From positions 4,030,793 to 4,054,792 of the forward strand of contig NZ_CP197467.1 of the NCBI RefSeq assembly GCF_052180225.1: 24,000 nt of DNA, in the 5' to 3' direction. Every line of letters starts with the position of its first letter. Positions within the stretch are counted from its first letter, which is position 1. The position numbers were made by a program, and so were the translations under genes. Source of the stretch: Arthrobacter sp. KN11-1C. Lineage in GTDB: Bacteria; Actinomycetota; Actinomycetes; Actinomycetales; Micrococcaceae. This document shows, one piece after another, positions 1-8,728 of the stretch. Below the pieces are notes generated by a model, which ran no database searches, was not told the origin of the DNA, and saw only the letters and a program-made list of their open reading frames with translations.

Positions 1-766
<766 letters not shown>

Positions 767-770
<4 letters not shown>

Positions 771-1816
771 CCGGGCACATGGTTGCTGTTTTCGATCCGG
801 GTGATCTTCGAAAGCCCTGACGGAAGATCCGGATCGAGGCCTTCACGGAGGCTCGTTGCTCGGGCGGCGAACTGGATGGGAATTATCGCCAAGAACGGAA
901 CCCACTCCGGCACCACTTCCGGGATAGTGACAACCTGACCTCCGATCGGTGGGGGGTTGCTGCCGATGTACACCGTGGTTGCGCCTCTTGCCAATCCCCC
1001 TTCGACTACCTGGGCCGCAAGATGGGCGCCCACCGAGTCCGCGGCGATGGCGACGACCGTGGTAGTCGCCGACGCGGAATTGATGCTTCCGTGGAGGAAT
1101 TCGCTAGCTTCAAAGACGGACGCCGGAAGAAGCAACGTTTCCCGGAGTTTGATCGCTCCTTCTTCTGCAACAGCTTCCGCGAAGCCTTCCCCCGCGAGTA
1201 CAAATCCCGAAGCCAACGTGGTAAATCGCGCTCTTTCGTCGTGCAAAACCTGGGTCATTCTCCGCGGAATCTCCGCAATGGCGTCGCTCAACTGACCGGG
1301 CCGGGATGACATTGCGATGCCGAGCAGTGCCGCCAATGAAGCTGTGAAGCTCTTCGTCGCAGGAATAGCAACTTCCACACCTGCCCTGTAGTCAACGACG
1401 AGATCCGAGGGAACAAGCGCGGCCAACTCGGAATCCGGTGAATTGGTCACAACAATCAGCCGGGCGCCCAGGGAAAGAGCCCGCCTCGCGGCAGCCAGGA
1501 TTTCCCGGCTCTCCCCCGACTGGGATATGGCGATGACTGCTGCACGGCGAAGATCCGTTGCGGTTGTTCCCCAGCCGAGCTGGGCAGGGGACACCAAGTA
1601 GGCGGGCTTTCCCGCGACGTTCCGGAAAACCTCAGCAGCGTACGTGGCTGCGGAACGAGATGAGCCGCGGCCGAGCAACACGACAAAGTCCGCTCCTTCC
1701 AGTACCGCGGCCAGGGAGTCAGCCTTTGACCCCGCCTCCCGTAGTGCTGAAGCCACCCGATCGGGCTGTTCGTACATGTCCTCGAGCATCCACTCGCCAG
1801 GAGTTTTTCCATTCAT
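767..1816 (-). CDS. double SIS-domain sugar-phosphate isomerase/deglycase-like protein (FrlB / GlmS-isomerase-domain / AgaS-like)
   Basis: 349 aa. The N-terminal SIS signature is VVLLGRGSSRSAATYAAEVF ... AISQSGESREILAAARRA ... GARLIVVTNSPDSELA. A second SIS-like half follows, giving the size and two-domain layout of FrlB/GlmS C-terminal domain proteins. GAAGGGA lies 8 nt before the ATG at 1816. Confidence 0.85.
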
Positions 1817-1854
1817 TGCGGCGGTCCCTTCTGCATGTTAGCGTGATACGACTG

Positions 1855-1867
1855 ATAATGATGTTAC
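1855..1867. promoter_or_regulatory. candidate operator/-10 element ATAATGATGTTAC in the SIS / aminotransferase divergent promoter region
   Basis: This 13-mer matches ATAATGTTGTTAC at 12057-12069 in 12 of 13 positions. It lies in the 70-nt divergent intergenic region and contains a GATAAT -10-like hexamer for the plus-strand operon. Confidence 0.35.
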
Positions 1868-1886
1868 AACAACATTGGGAGCTAGT

Positions 1887-3284
1887 GTGGAAACTCTTTC
1901 CGAGTCCCCGGACTCGATTTCTATGTCTTCCGACCGTAAAGGCGCCCTGGTTGACAGTGCTGTCAAGCATCTGTGGCGGCACGGCGTAACTGCCGAGGAG
2001 ACGCTCCGAGCCGAGGGTCCGGTGGCTGTAAGTGCCCAGGGGGTATACATCGACGATATCGATGGACGCCGGTATCTGGACGCTCTTTCGGGGGGCTCGG
2101 CGGCGGCCACCCTTGGACATGGCCGTGATGACGTGGCGGACGCGGTTTCCAGGCAGATGCGGAATATGGCGTGGGTTTCCCTGCGTACTTTCCTTAACGA
2201 ACCGTCGATCCGGCTGGCCGAGCGCATCGCGCAGATCGCCCCAGGGGACCTCACAACTTCCTTTTTCGTCAGCTCTGGTTCCGAGGCGGTGGAGAGCGCC
2301 ACCCAGATCGCCAAGTCCTATCATAAGAAGCGGGGCAATCCGTCAAAAACGAAGTTCCTGTACCGGAAGACCAGCTATCACGGCACCAGTCTGATCGGTG
2401 CAAGCGCCAGCAGCAGCCCCGAATTCCGGGAATGGTTTCAACCCCTCGCACCAGGATTCATCGAGCTTGACGCCTGCTACGCCTACCGCCGGCCCGCGGG
2501 TATGACCGTGGAAGAATACGGGGAGCTCTGCGCTCAGGCCATTGAGGACGAAATCCTCACACAAGGTCCCGACACCGTCGCCGGCATCCTCGCCGAAGCC
2601 ATTCCTGCTGCGTTGGTCCTGACGCCGCCGCCCAACTATCTGCAACGTCTTCGTGAGATCTGCAACAAATACGACATCTTGTGGATCGATGACGAGGTGT
2701 TCATCGGCGTTGGCCGGACCGGAAAATACTTCGGGTTTGAGCACTACGGCGTACAGCCCGACATTGTTACCTCGTCCAAAGGCATCACCGGAGGTTACAT
2801 CCCGCTCGGGGCGGCCATCGCCTCGCAGCGCATCATGGATGTGCTGCTCGAGGGGTCCCAGGCCAAAGTCGCCGGCCACACGTACTCCGCACATCCTGCC
2901 GCCTGCGCCGCCGGCCTCGCAGTTCTCGACGCGATCGAGAATGAGGACCTGGTCCAGAATGCAGACGTTCTCGGTTCATGGATGCTGGACCAGTTCCGCG
3001 AATTCGGCGAACGCCGCCCGCATGTGGGGGATGTCAGAGGCAAGGGCATGCTTATGGGCATTGAACTTGTTCGAGACACCAAGACCCGTGAGCCGTTCCC
3101 GGCAGCGTCGGGCGTGGGCAAGAAGGTCGTCCAAACGGCCATGAACCAGAACTTCATGTGCCGGGCGTCGGGAGACGTTATCACCCTCTTTCCAGCCCTC
3201 GTCTCGACCCGATCCGAAGTTGAAGACATGGTCACGGCGACCATGCGCGCAATCGATGAAGTCCTCAATGACCTTCCAAAATAG
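1887..3284 (+). CDS. class-III (omega/acetylornithine-type) PLP aminotransferase
   Basis: The ORF is open from TTG 1875. I prefer GTG 1887 (GGGAG at 1877-1881, 5-nt spacer), which gives 465 aa. Signatures: SGSEAVESA, DEVFIGVGRTGKYFGFEHYGVQPDIVTSSKGITGGYIPLGA (PLP lysine context), and the GHTYSAHP motif. Confidence 0.9.
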   Translation: METLSESPDSISMSSDRKGALVDSAVKHLWRHGVTAEETLRAEGPVAVSAQGVYIDDIDGRRYLDALSGGSAAATLGHGRDDVADAVSRQMRNMAWVSLRTFLNEPSIRLAERIAQIAPGDLTTSFFVSSGSEAVESATQIAKSYHKKRGNPSKTKFLYRKTSYHGTSLIGASASSSPEFREWFQPLAPGFIELDACYAYRRPAGMTVEEYGELCAQAIEDEILTQGPDTVAGILAEAIPAALVLTPPPNYLQRLREICNKYDILWIDDEVFIGVGRTGKYFGFEHYGVQPDIVTSSKGITGGYIPLGAAIASQRIMDVLLEGSQAKVAGHTYSAHPAACAAGLAVLDAIENEDLVQNADVLGSWMLDQFREFGERRPHVGDVRGKGMLMGIELVRDTKTREPFPAASGVGKKVVQTAMNQNFMCRASGDVITLFPALVSTRSEVEDMVTATMRAIDEVLNDLPK

Positions 3285-3309
3285 CGAGTCATCTGACGGA
3301 GGCGGAAGA

Positions 3310-4524
3310 GTGGAATTCATCGAACAGGTCTGCGCACGACTGGAAGCTACGGCCGTACGGGACCACATGAACGTCGCAGAAGCCATTACGACCCAGTTCG
3401 CCCTCGTGGATGCCGCGCAGCGCGTGATGGGCTCGGACGCGGTTTTCACCGAAGACTACGGGCAGGTCAGGGACTTGGCGACGGTCGGTTTCGGAGGCGG
3501 AGGACGGCCCAGAAGTACGGCCAATGTCGAACAGGTGCTGGCCGACTTCTTCGGAACCGAAGATGCTGTACTGATTCACGGCGCAGGTTCGGGTGCAATC
3601 CGGGGAATGCTCAACGCCGGTCTCAGGCCGGGGGCCAAAGTCGTGCTGCACAACGCGCATCCATATAAGACAACTCTGCCGGCCATGAATCACATGGGAC
3701 TGCAGCTGGTCCACGCGGACTTCAATGACTTGAAAGGCCTCAGGGACACGCTGCATAACGCCCGGCCCGACGGGATCTACGTCCAGCACGTTCCACAGCA
3801 GCTCGGTGACTCCCACGACATTGCCGCAGTCATCGAATCCGCGAGGGAGATCTGCGGCGCGGATGCGGCCATCCTCGTCGATGACAACTACGCAGTGATG
3901 CGTGCCCGGAAGATCGGCGCTCAAATGGGTGCCAATGCATCCGCGATTTCGCTGTTCAAACTCCTCGCCCCCACACCCATCGGGGTAGTCGTAGGAGACG
4001 GGAAGCTGGTCAATTCGATACGCCTGGATCTGTCGTCCGCCGGTTGCCAGGTACAGGGATCGCAAGCCATGGGAGCGTTGCGCATGCTGGTTCACGCACC
4101 CATTGCCCTGGCGATTCAAAACCAGACCGTGCTCGATGCAACGCAGCGCATCAACGAACTGGCGATTTCCGGGGAGCTTCCCTTTGTCCACCGGGCTTTC
4201 GCCGCGCAACCAGGAATCCGATCCATCGTGCTTACCTTCGACCGCCCTCTGGCGGAAGAATTTGTTCGGTCCGCATGGCGAAACGGGTCCCCCAGCCAGT
4301 CCGTCGGTGAAGAAGCCCAGTATGAGTTCCTGCCCCTGTTCACTTACCTGACAAGCACCTTCCTCAAGGCCATGCCAGGGCTCGAGCAATACGCCATCCG
4401 CATCAACCCGATGCGTTCGGGGCCGGACACCATCGTGCGCATTTTGCGGGCCAGCCTCTCCGACGAATCGTTCCGCAACGCCGTTTCCTCGCTCGAAACG
4501 GCTAAGTCTTCCTCCGAGCGTTGA
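3310..4524 (+). CDS. YhfS-like fold-type-I (SelA-like) PLP-dependent enzyme
   Basis: The ORF is open from 3220. I prefer GTG 3310 (GGAGG at 3298-3302, 7-nt spacer), which gives 404 aa. The N-terminal [37 protein letters not shown], and SLFKLLAPTPIGVVVG (SelA-like SGDKLLGGPQAG lysine loop) fit my recollection of the E. coli YhfS family. Confidence 0.75.
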   Translation: MEFIEQVCARLEATAVRDHMNVAEAITTQFALVDAAQRVMGSDAVFTEDYGQVRDLATVGFGGGGRPRSTANVEQVLADFFGTEDAVLIHGAGSGAIRGMLNAGLRPGAKVVLHNAHPYKTTLPAMNHMGLQLVHADFNDLKGLRDTLHNARPDGIYVQHVPQQLGDSHDIAAVIESAREICGADAAILVDDNYAVMRARKIGAQMGANASAISLFKLLAPTPIGVVVGDGKLVNSIRLDLSSAGCQVQGSQAMGALRMLVHAPIALAIQNQTVLDATQRINELAISGELPFVHRAFAAQPGIRSIVLTFDRPLAEEFVRSAWRNGSPSQSVGEEAQYEFLPLFTYLTSTFLKAMPGLEQYAIRINPMRSGPDTIVRILRASLSDESFRNAVSSLETAKSSSER

Positions 4525-4547
4525 CACATACCAATAAGGACATGAAC

Positions 4548-5114
4548 ATGAAAGACACGCTGCTAGTCCCCTTCAGTTTTGCCATCGATACGGTCAACGG
4601 AACACTGACTCCTGAACGTCCTCCGGTGCAACGTCGCCTCGACGACATGAAGACCGCCTACGCCCAGGAAACTTCCGGCGACGACCTCGTATACGAGGTG
4701 CGACAGATCGACGTCCCCACCACGAACTCAAACCTTCTTTCCTCGACCACTACGCTCTACCCGGGGAAGACCAACGGCGAGTACTACATGACCAAGGGCC
4801 ACTTCCATCAGAAGCGTGACCGCGCGGAAGTTTACGTCGGCCTCTCCGGAGAAGGCAGACTGCTGATGGCCTCCGAAAGCGGGGAGGTCGTGGTAGAGGA
4901 AATGCGCGCCGGAAGCGTTAATTACGTGCCAGGGGGGTGGGCCCACCGCAGCGTCAACGTAGGCGAAGAACCGCTGGTGTTCTACGCCGTCTATATTGCA
5001 GATGCCGGGCAGGACTACCTCGCCATCGAACATCAGGGCGGCTTTCCGGTCATCATCGTCGAGGGCGAAAACGGACCCGAAGCCGTGCCAAACCCAAGGT
5101 TTCAGCAGGCATGA
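4548..5114 (+). CDS. cupin-type glucose-6-phosphate isomerase (archaeal-type cPGI)
   Basis: 188 aa from the second ATG (AAGGA at 4536-4540, 7-nt spacer); ATG 4542 is also possible. Metal-ligand motifs TKGHFHQKRDRAEVY and YVPGGWAHRSVNVGEEPLVFYAVY..DAGQDY match the Pyrococcus/Thermococcus cupin PGI signature (T.GH.H...DRAEVY ... YVPP.WAHR..N.G). Confidence 0.85.
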   Translation: MKDTLLVPFSFAIDTVNGTLTPERPPVQRRLDDMKTAYAQETSGDDLVYEVRQIDVPTTNSNLLSSTTTLYPGKTNGEYYMTKGHFHQKRDRAEVYVGLSGEGRLLMASESGEVVVEEMRAGSVNYVPGGWAHRSVNVGEEPLVFYAVYIADAGQDYLAIEHQGGFPVIIVEGENGPEAVPNPRFQQA

Positions 5115-6043
5115 CCACCGTTGCCATTACCCCCCGCGGGTTTCGCAGCAATGAGGGGAGGCATAAGGCATTGTTGCGGGACCACGGACTTAGTCCCCGC
5201 TACCCCGCGCAGGACAGACCGCTCACGGTGGAGGAGCTGAGCGAACTCGTGGCGGGCTGCCGGGCGGCCATAGTGGGACTTGACGATGTCTCCGAAAGGA
5301 TCCTGGCAACACCTGGGCTGGAAATCCTCGTCCGGTTCGGCGCAGGGGCGGATAACGTCGATCTTCTCGCAGCGCGCCGTCACGGCGTGAAAGTGGCCAC
5401 CATACCCGGGGCGACGGCGACGTCCGTCGCGGAGCTGGCCTTGGGACTCATGCTTGCCGCAGCCCGGAGGATCCTGCCTATGGACAGAAGCGTCAGGCAG
5501 GGCTCCTGGCAGCGGCAAACGGGCTTTGAGCTCTCGGGTCGTTGCCTCGGACTGGTGGGAGCCGGACGGATCGGTCAGGAAGTTGCGGTACGGGCCAAAG
5601 CCCTTGGCATGGATGTCATAGCTTTCGACCCTTTCGCCGCCGTGTCGCCGCTAGCATTGGTCACCTTTGAGGAACTGTTGAGCCGTTCCGACGTGATCTC
5701 CATCCATGCCCCTCTGACCTCGGAGACTGCGGGTCTCTTCGACGCGAACGCTTTGGCGGCGATGCGTCCCGGAAGTGTCTTGGTCAACACCGCCCGTGGG
5801 GGGATCATTGACGAGGCAGCTCTGGCGGCCGCGCTGAAGAGCGGACCGCTTTCCGCCGCCGCGCTTGACTCGTTTGCGGACGAACCAACCAGGGAGACCG
5901 CCCTGTTCGAGTTGGAGAACATCGTGCTCACTCCCCATTGCGGGGCCACCACCGTCCAGGCCGTTGAACGGGCCGGCGTGATGGCGGTCGAAGAGGTGCT
6001 GCGGGCGTTGGCCGGCCGGCCGATGCTGGGAACGATTGACTGA
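5111..6043 (+). CDS. D-isomer-specific 2-hydroxyacid dehydrogenase (phosphoglycerate dehydrogenase-like)
   Basis: 310 aa from ATG 5111, which overlaps the cPGI stop (ATGA at 5111-5114). The NAD fold is GLVGAGRIGQEVAVRAKALGMDVIAFDP. The catalytic region is NTARGGIIDE ... TPHCGATT. Confidence 0.85.
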   Translation: MTTVAITPRGFRSNEGRHKALLRDHGLSPRYPAQDRPLTVEELSELVAGCRAAIVGLDDVSERILATPGLEILVRFGAGADNVDLLAARRHGVKVATIPGATATSVAELALGLMLAAARRILPMDRSVRQGSWQRQTGFELSGRCLGLVGAGRIGQEVAVRAKALGMDVIAFDPFAAVSPLALVTFEELLSRSDVISIHAPLTSETAGLFDANALAAMRPGSVLVNTARGGIIDEAALAAALKSGPLSAAALDSFADEPTRETALFELENIVLTPHCGATTVQAVERAGVMAVEEVLRALAGRPMLGTID

Positions 6044-6740
6044 GCCCGGCGGTCTCCGGGCTGCCGACTGTTCGGCAGCCCGGGCCCGGGGCCGCGCCGC
6101 GGCTGCCCTTCTATTCGATCTTGACGGGTTACTAATCGACAGCGAAGATGCCTGCTTTGAGGCGGCAAAGACTGTCCTGGCGCGGCACAGCGGTCTCACG
6201 CTTCCGGCAGCCTGGTACGGCGCGCAGGTGGGGAAGTCTGCCGCGGAGACATACGATAGTCTGCGCACGGATTTTCGTCTTCGTCCCCGGCTTCAGGAAC
6301 TGCTCGCGGAGCGCCATGAATTGCTGGCACGCTGGTACGAAGCCCCAAAGGTTCTTCCAGGTGCGGAAGCGCTGGTTCTTGAAGCGGTGCGTGGCGGAAA
6401 ACGGCTCGGCGTCGTTTCCTCGTCACCGCAGTCCCTGGTTGATGCGGCCCTCAGCGCCCTGCCATTCGGGGGCCGCTTCGATGCCGTCGTTGCGGCCGAC
6501 CATGCGATGGTGTCGAGGCTGAAACCGTTCCCGGACCCGTACTGGGCGGCGTGCACGCTGCTGGACTTGGATCCTGGCGACGCACTCGCCTTGGAAGACT
6601 CATCCTCCGGGGCTATTGCTGCGGTGCTAGCCGGCATCCCCACTGTCGCGGTCCCCAGCCGCTGGACAGCGGGCCAGCCGTTCCCAGATGGAGTCCTGAA
6701 GGTGGGGAGCCTGCTGCACCTGTTGGCGGACAGCGACTGA
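6036..6740 (+). CDS. HAD-superfamily phosphatase (beta-phosphoglucomutase/sugar-phosphatase subfamily)
   Basis: 234 aa. Motif I is LLFDLDGLLIDSE, motif II VVSSS, motif III KPFPDPY, and motif IV LEDSSSGAIAAVLAG. TTG 6036 is the only available start, and it overlaps the upstream gene by 8 nt. Confidence 0.8.
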   Translation: MTEPGGLRAADCSAARARGRAAAALLFDLDGLLIDSEDACFEAAKTVLARHSGLTLPAAWYGAQVGKSAAETYDSLRTDFRLRPRLQELLAERHELLARWYEAPKVLPGAEALVLEAVRGGKRLGVVSSSPQSLVDAALSALPFGGRFDAVVAADHAMVSRLKPFPDPYWAACTLLDLDPGDALALEDSSSGAIAAVLAGIPTVAVPSRWTAGQPFPDGVLKVGSLLHLLADSD

Positions 6741-6746
6741 ACCGAC

Positions 6747-8450
6747 CTACGTCGTGGGGGCGGGAAGAGCGTTCAACCGAACCAGAATACTTTCTATACC
6801 CCCCAGATCCCTTGCCCGGAGGGCCTCCTCAGTCGGGCCTGCCAGCAGCCGGGTGTCCAGGACCCGGATCTGCGCCTTAAGCTGCGGCACGAGACCGGGA
6901 GCGACACTCAGGCTGCGAAGACCCAGGCCTATCAGCAGCGGCAGCACACGGACGTCACCGGCAAGTTCACCACAGAGCGACACAGGCGTACCGGACGCGG
7001 ATCCCGCCCTTGCGATGAACGCCAGCATGCGGATCACCGCCGGACTGATCTCGTTGTAGAGGTGTTGCACCCCTGCATTGTTCCGGTCGGAGGCCATCAG
7101 GTATGCCGTCAGATCATTGGACCCAATGCTCAGAAAGTCGCTCTCCTCGGCGAATTCGTGCGCGAGGATGGCCGCACTGGGCACCTCGATCATCACCCCG
7201 ATCCGGAGAGGCGCGCCGGCTTCGACAGCAATGAGGTCTCGGACCTCGTCCAGTTCCCGGAGCTCTGAGACCATGGGGACCATGACGCGGATGTTCGGAT
7301 ACTCCGCTGATGCCCGCCCGAGCGCCCTAAGCTGCGCCGAAAAGACGTCGCGGTGCGCCAAGCTGAGCCGCACGCCTCGCACCCCCAAGAAGGGATTCTC
7401 CTCGGCGGGCACGCTCAGACCGGTCAACGGCTTGTCTCCGCCGATATCGAGAGTCCGGAAAATAATGGGGCGACCGGCTGCATCCCTTGCCGCGGCACAG
7501 TAGGCGCGGAACTGCGCCTGCTCGTCGAGGAGCTGTCCGGCCTTGATAAACAGCAGTTCGGTTCTGAACAGCCCTACACCGTCTGCCCCGAAGGCAACAG
7601 CACGGGAGACATCTTCGGCGCTGCCCGCATTGGCGTAGACGGCTACGCCGATTCCATCCAGGGTGTGGACGGGGGTCGGGTCGATTTCCCAGACGGATTC
7701 CTTGACAGCGTTAAAGGCAGCCAGATCCGAGGCGGACGGATTGATCTGCAATTCGCCGGTCGATCCGTCGACCGTCGCTTGGATTCCGTCCTCCGCGAGA
7801 GCCATCAGCCCGGGAACAGACACCACGGCAGGAATGCCCAGCTGGCGGGCAAGGATCGCCGCATGTGACGTCCGTGCGCCCGCCTCTGTCACGATCGCCC
7901 TGACCATGGAAGGGTCCAGCCCTATGGTGTCCGACGGTGTAAGTTCCTGAGCAAAAAGAATGACCGGTTCCCAGCCAGAAACCAGTGGCCGGACTGAAGC
8001 CGCCGACGTCCCGGGGTTGGTCTCCTGGAGGTGGCGCACGACTCTCTTCGCGAGGTCGCGGATATCTGCAGAACGTTCCCGCAAGTAGGGGTCGTCCAGG
8101 AGCTGCAGTTCGTCAGCAAGTTCGCCGCTGACGGTCCATACCACGCGTGCCGCGTCCCCTCCCGCAGTGATGCCGGCAACGATTGGATCGAGCCACTCAG
8201 CATCGTCCATCATCGAGAGCTGGACTTCAAAAATTGCGGCATGACCGGCGCCGAGCCGCTCGGTAGCGTCGGCGACGACGTCCAGAAGTTCGGCCTTGCT
8301 GCTCCGTAAGGCCGTATCGAGGTCGGAAAGCGAACTGGAAGAACGTTGGTCTTCCGGCTCTTCGTCACTGAAAATGAAGCGTTCGTCCCGGAATACCTGT
8401 ACAAGGGCCGTCGCCCGGCCAGGAGACACTCCCAATCCCAGAAGCTTCAT
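6747..8450 (-). CDS. ptsI: phosphoenolpyruvate-protein phosphotransferase (PTS Enzyme I)
   Basis: 567 aa. The active-site His region is GARTSHAAILARQLGIPAVV. The PEP-binding TIM-barrel motifs are GLFRTELLF, RTLDIGGDK, ENPFLGVRGVR, SIGSNDLTAY and CGELAGD. The ATG overlaps the HPr stop (ATGA at 8447-8450). Confidence 0.95.
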   Translation of the reverse strand: MKLLGLGVSPGRATALVQVFRDERFIFSDEEPEDQRSSSSLSDLDTALRSSKAELLDVVADATERLGAGHAAIFEVQLSMMDDAEWLDPIVAGITAGGDAARVVWTVSGELADELQLLDDPYLRERSADIRDLAKRVVRHLQETNPGTSAASVRPLVSGWEPVILFAQELTPSDTIGLDPSMVRAIVTEAGARTSHAAILARQLGIPAVVSVPGLMALAEDGIQATVDGSTGELQINPSASDLAAFNAVKESVWEIDPTPVHTLDGIGVAVYANAGSAEDVSRAVAFGADGVGLFRTELLFIKAGQLLDEQAQFRAYCAAARDAAGRPIIFRTLDIGGDKPLTGLSVPAEENPFLGVRGVRLSLAHRDVFSAQLRALGRASAEYPNIRVMVPMVSELRELDEVRDLIAVEAGAPLRIGVMIEVPSAAILAHEFAEESDFLSIGSNDLTAYLMASDRNNAGVQHLYNEISPAVIRMLAFIARAGSASGTPVSLCGELAGDVRVLPLLIGLGLRSLSVAPGLVPQLKAQIRVLDTRLLAGPTEEALRARDLGGIESILVRLNALPAPTT

Positions 8451-8728
8451 ACCGCCGCACCTTCATCCTCAGCCAGTTGGAGCAACAGTGTACTGAGCCC
8501 CTCTACGGCCGACTGTGCATCACTGCCGGCGGCACTGATTTGCACCGTACTTCCACAAGCCAGACCCAGTTTGAGAAGACCGATCAGGCTCTTTCCACTT
8601 CCTGTTTTGCCGTCCTTTTCCAGAGTTACCACCGACTCATATTCCTTGGCTTTCGCAACGAATATTGCCGCAGGTCGGGCGTGGAGCCCGGAAGGGTTGG
8701 TCACCGTGACAATTCGCGAGACGCTCAC
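8447..8728 (-). CDS. ptsH: phosphocarrier protein HPr
   Basis: 93 aa from GTG 8728, which overlaps the TGA of the upstream gene (GTGA at 8725-8728). The sequence VTVTNPSGLHARPAAIFV contains the His-15 context, and GKSLIGLLKLG the Ser-46 region. The longer 145-aa track ORF adds only an Arg/His-rich non-HPr extension. Confidence 0.9.
   Translation of the reverse strand: MSVSRIVTVTNPSGLHARPAAIFVAKAKEYESVVTLEKDGKTGSGKSLIGLLKLGLACGSTVQISAAGSDAQSAVEGLSTLLLQLAEDEGAAV

Noticed and set aside
3289-4527. 412-aa minus-strand ORF antisense to the YhfS-like gene
   Set aside because: It is a shadow ORF. The plus-strand frame has clear PLP-enzyme motifs, whereas the antisense product is Arg/Gly-rich with no recognisable domain.
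4937-5110. N-terminal extension of the 2-hydroxyacid dehydrogenase ORF (track start 4937)
   Set aside because: The extension is an Arg-rich out-of-frame read-through of the cPGI gene. ATG 5111 gives a normal-length enzyme and a canonical ATGA coupling overlap.
5575-6268. 197-aa and 205-aa minus-strand ORFs over the dehydrogenase/HAD junction
   Set aside because: These are shadow ORFs rich in Arg/Ala/Ser/Pro. Both plus-strand genes have clear catalytic motifs.
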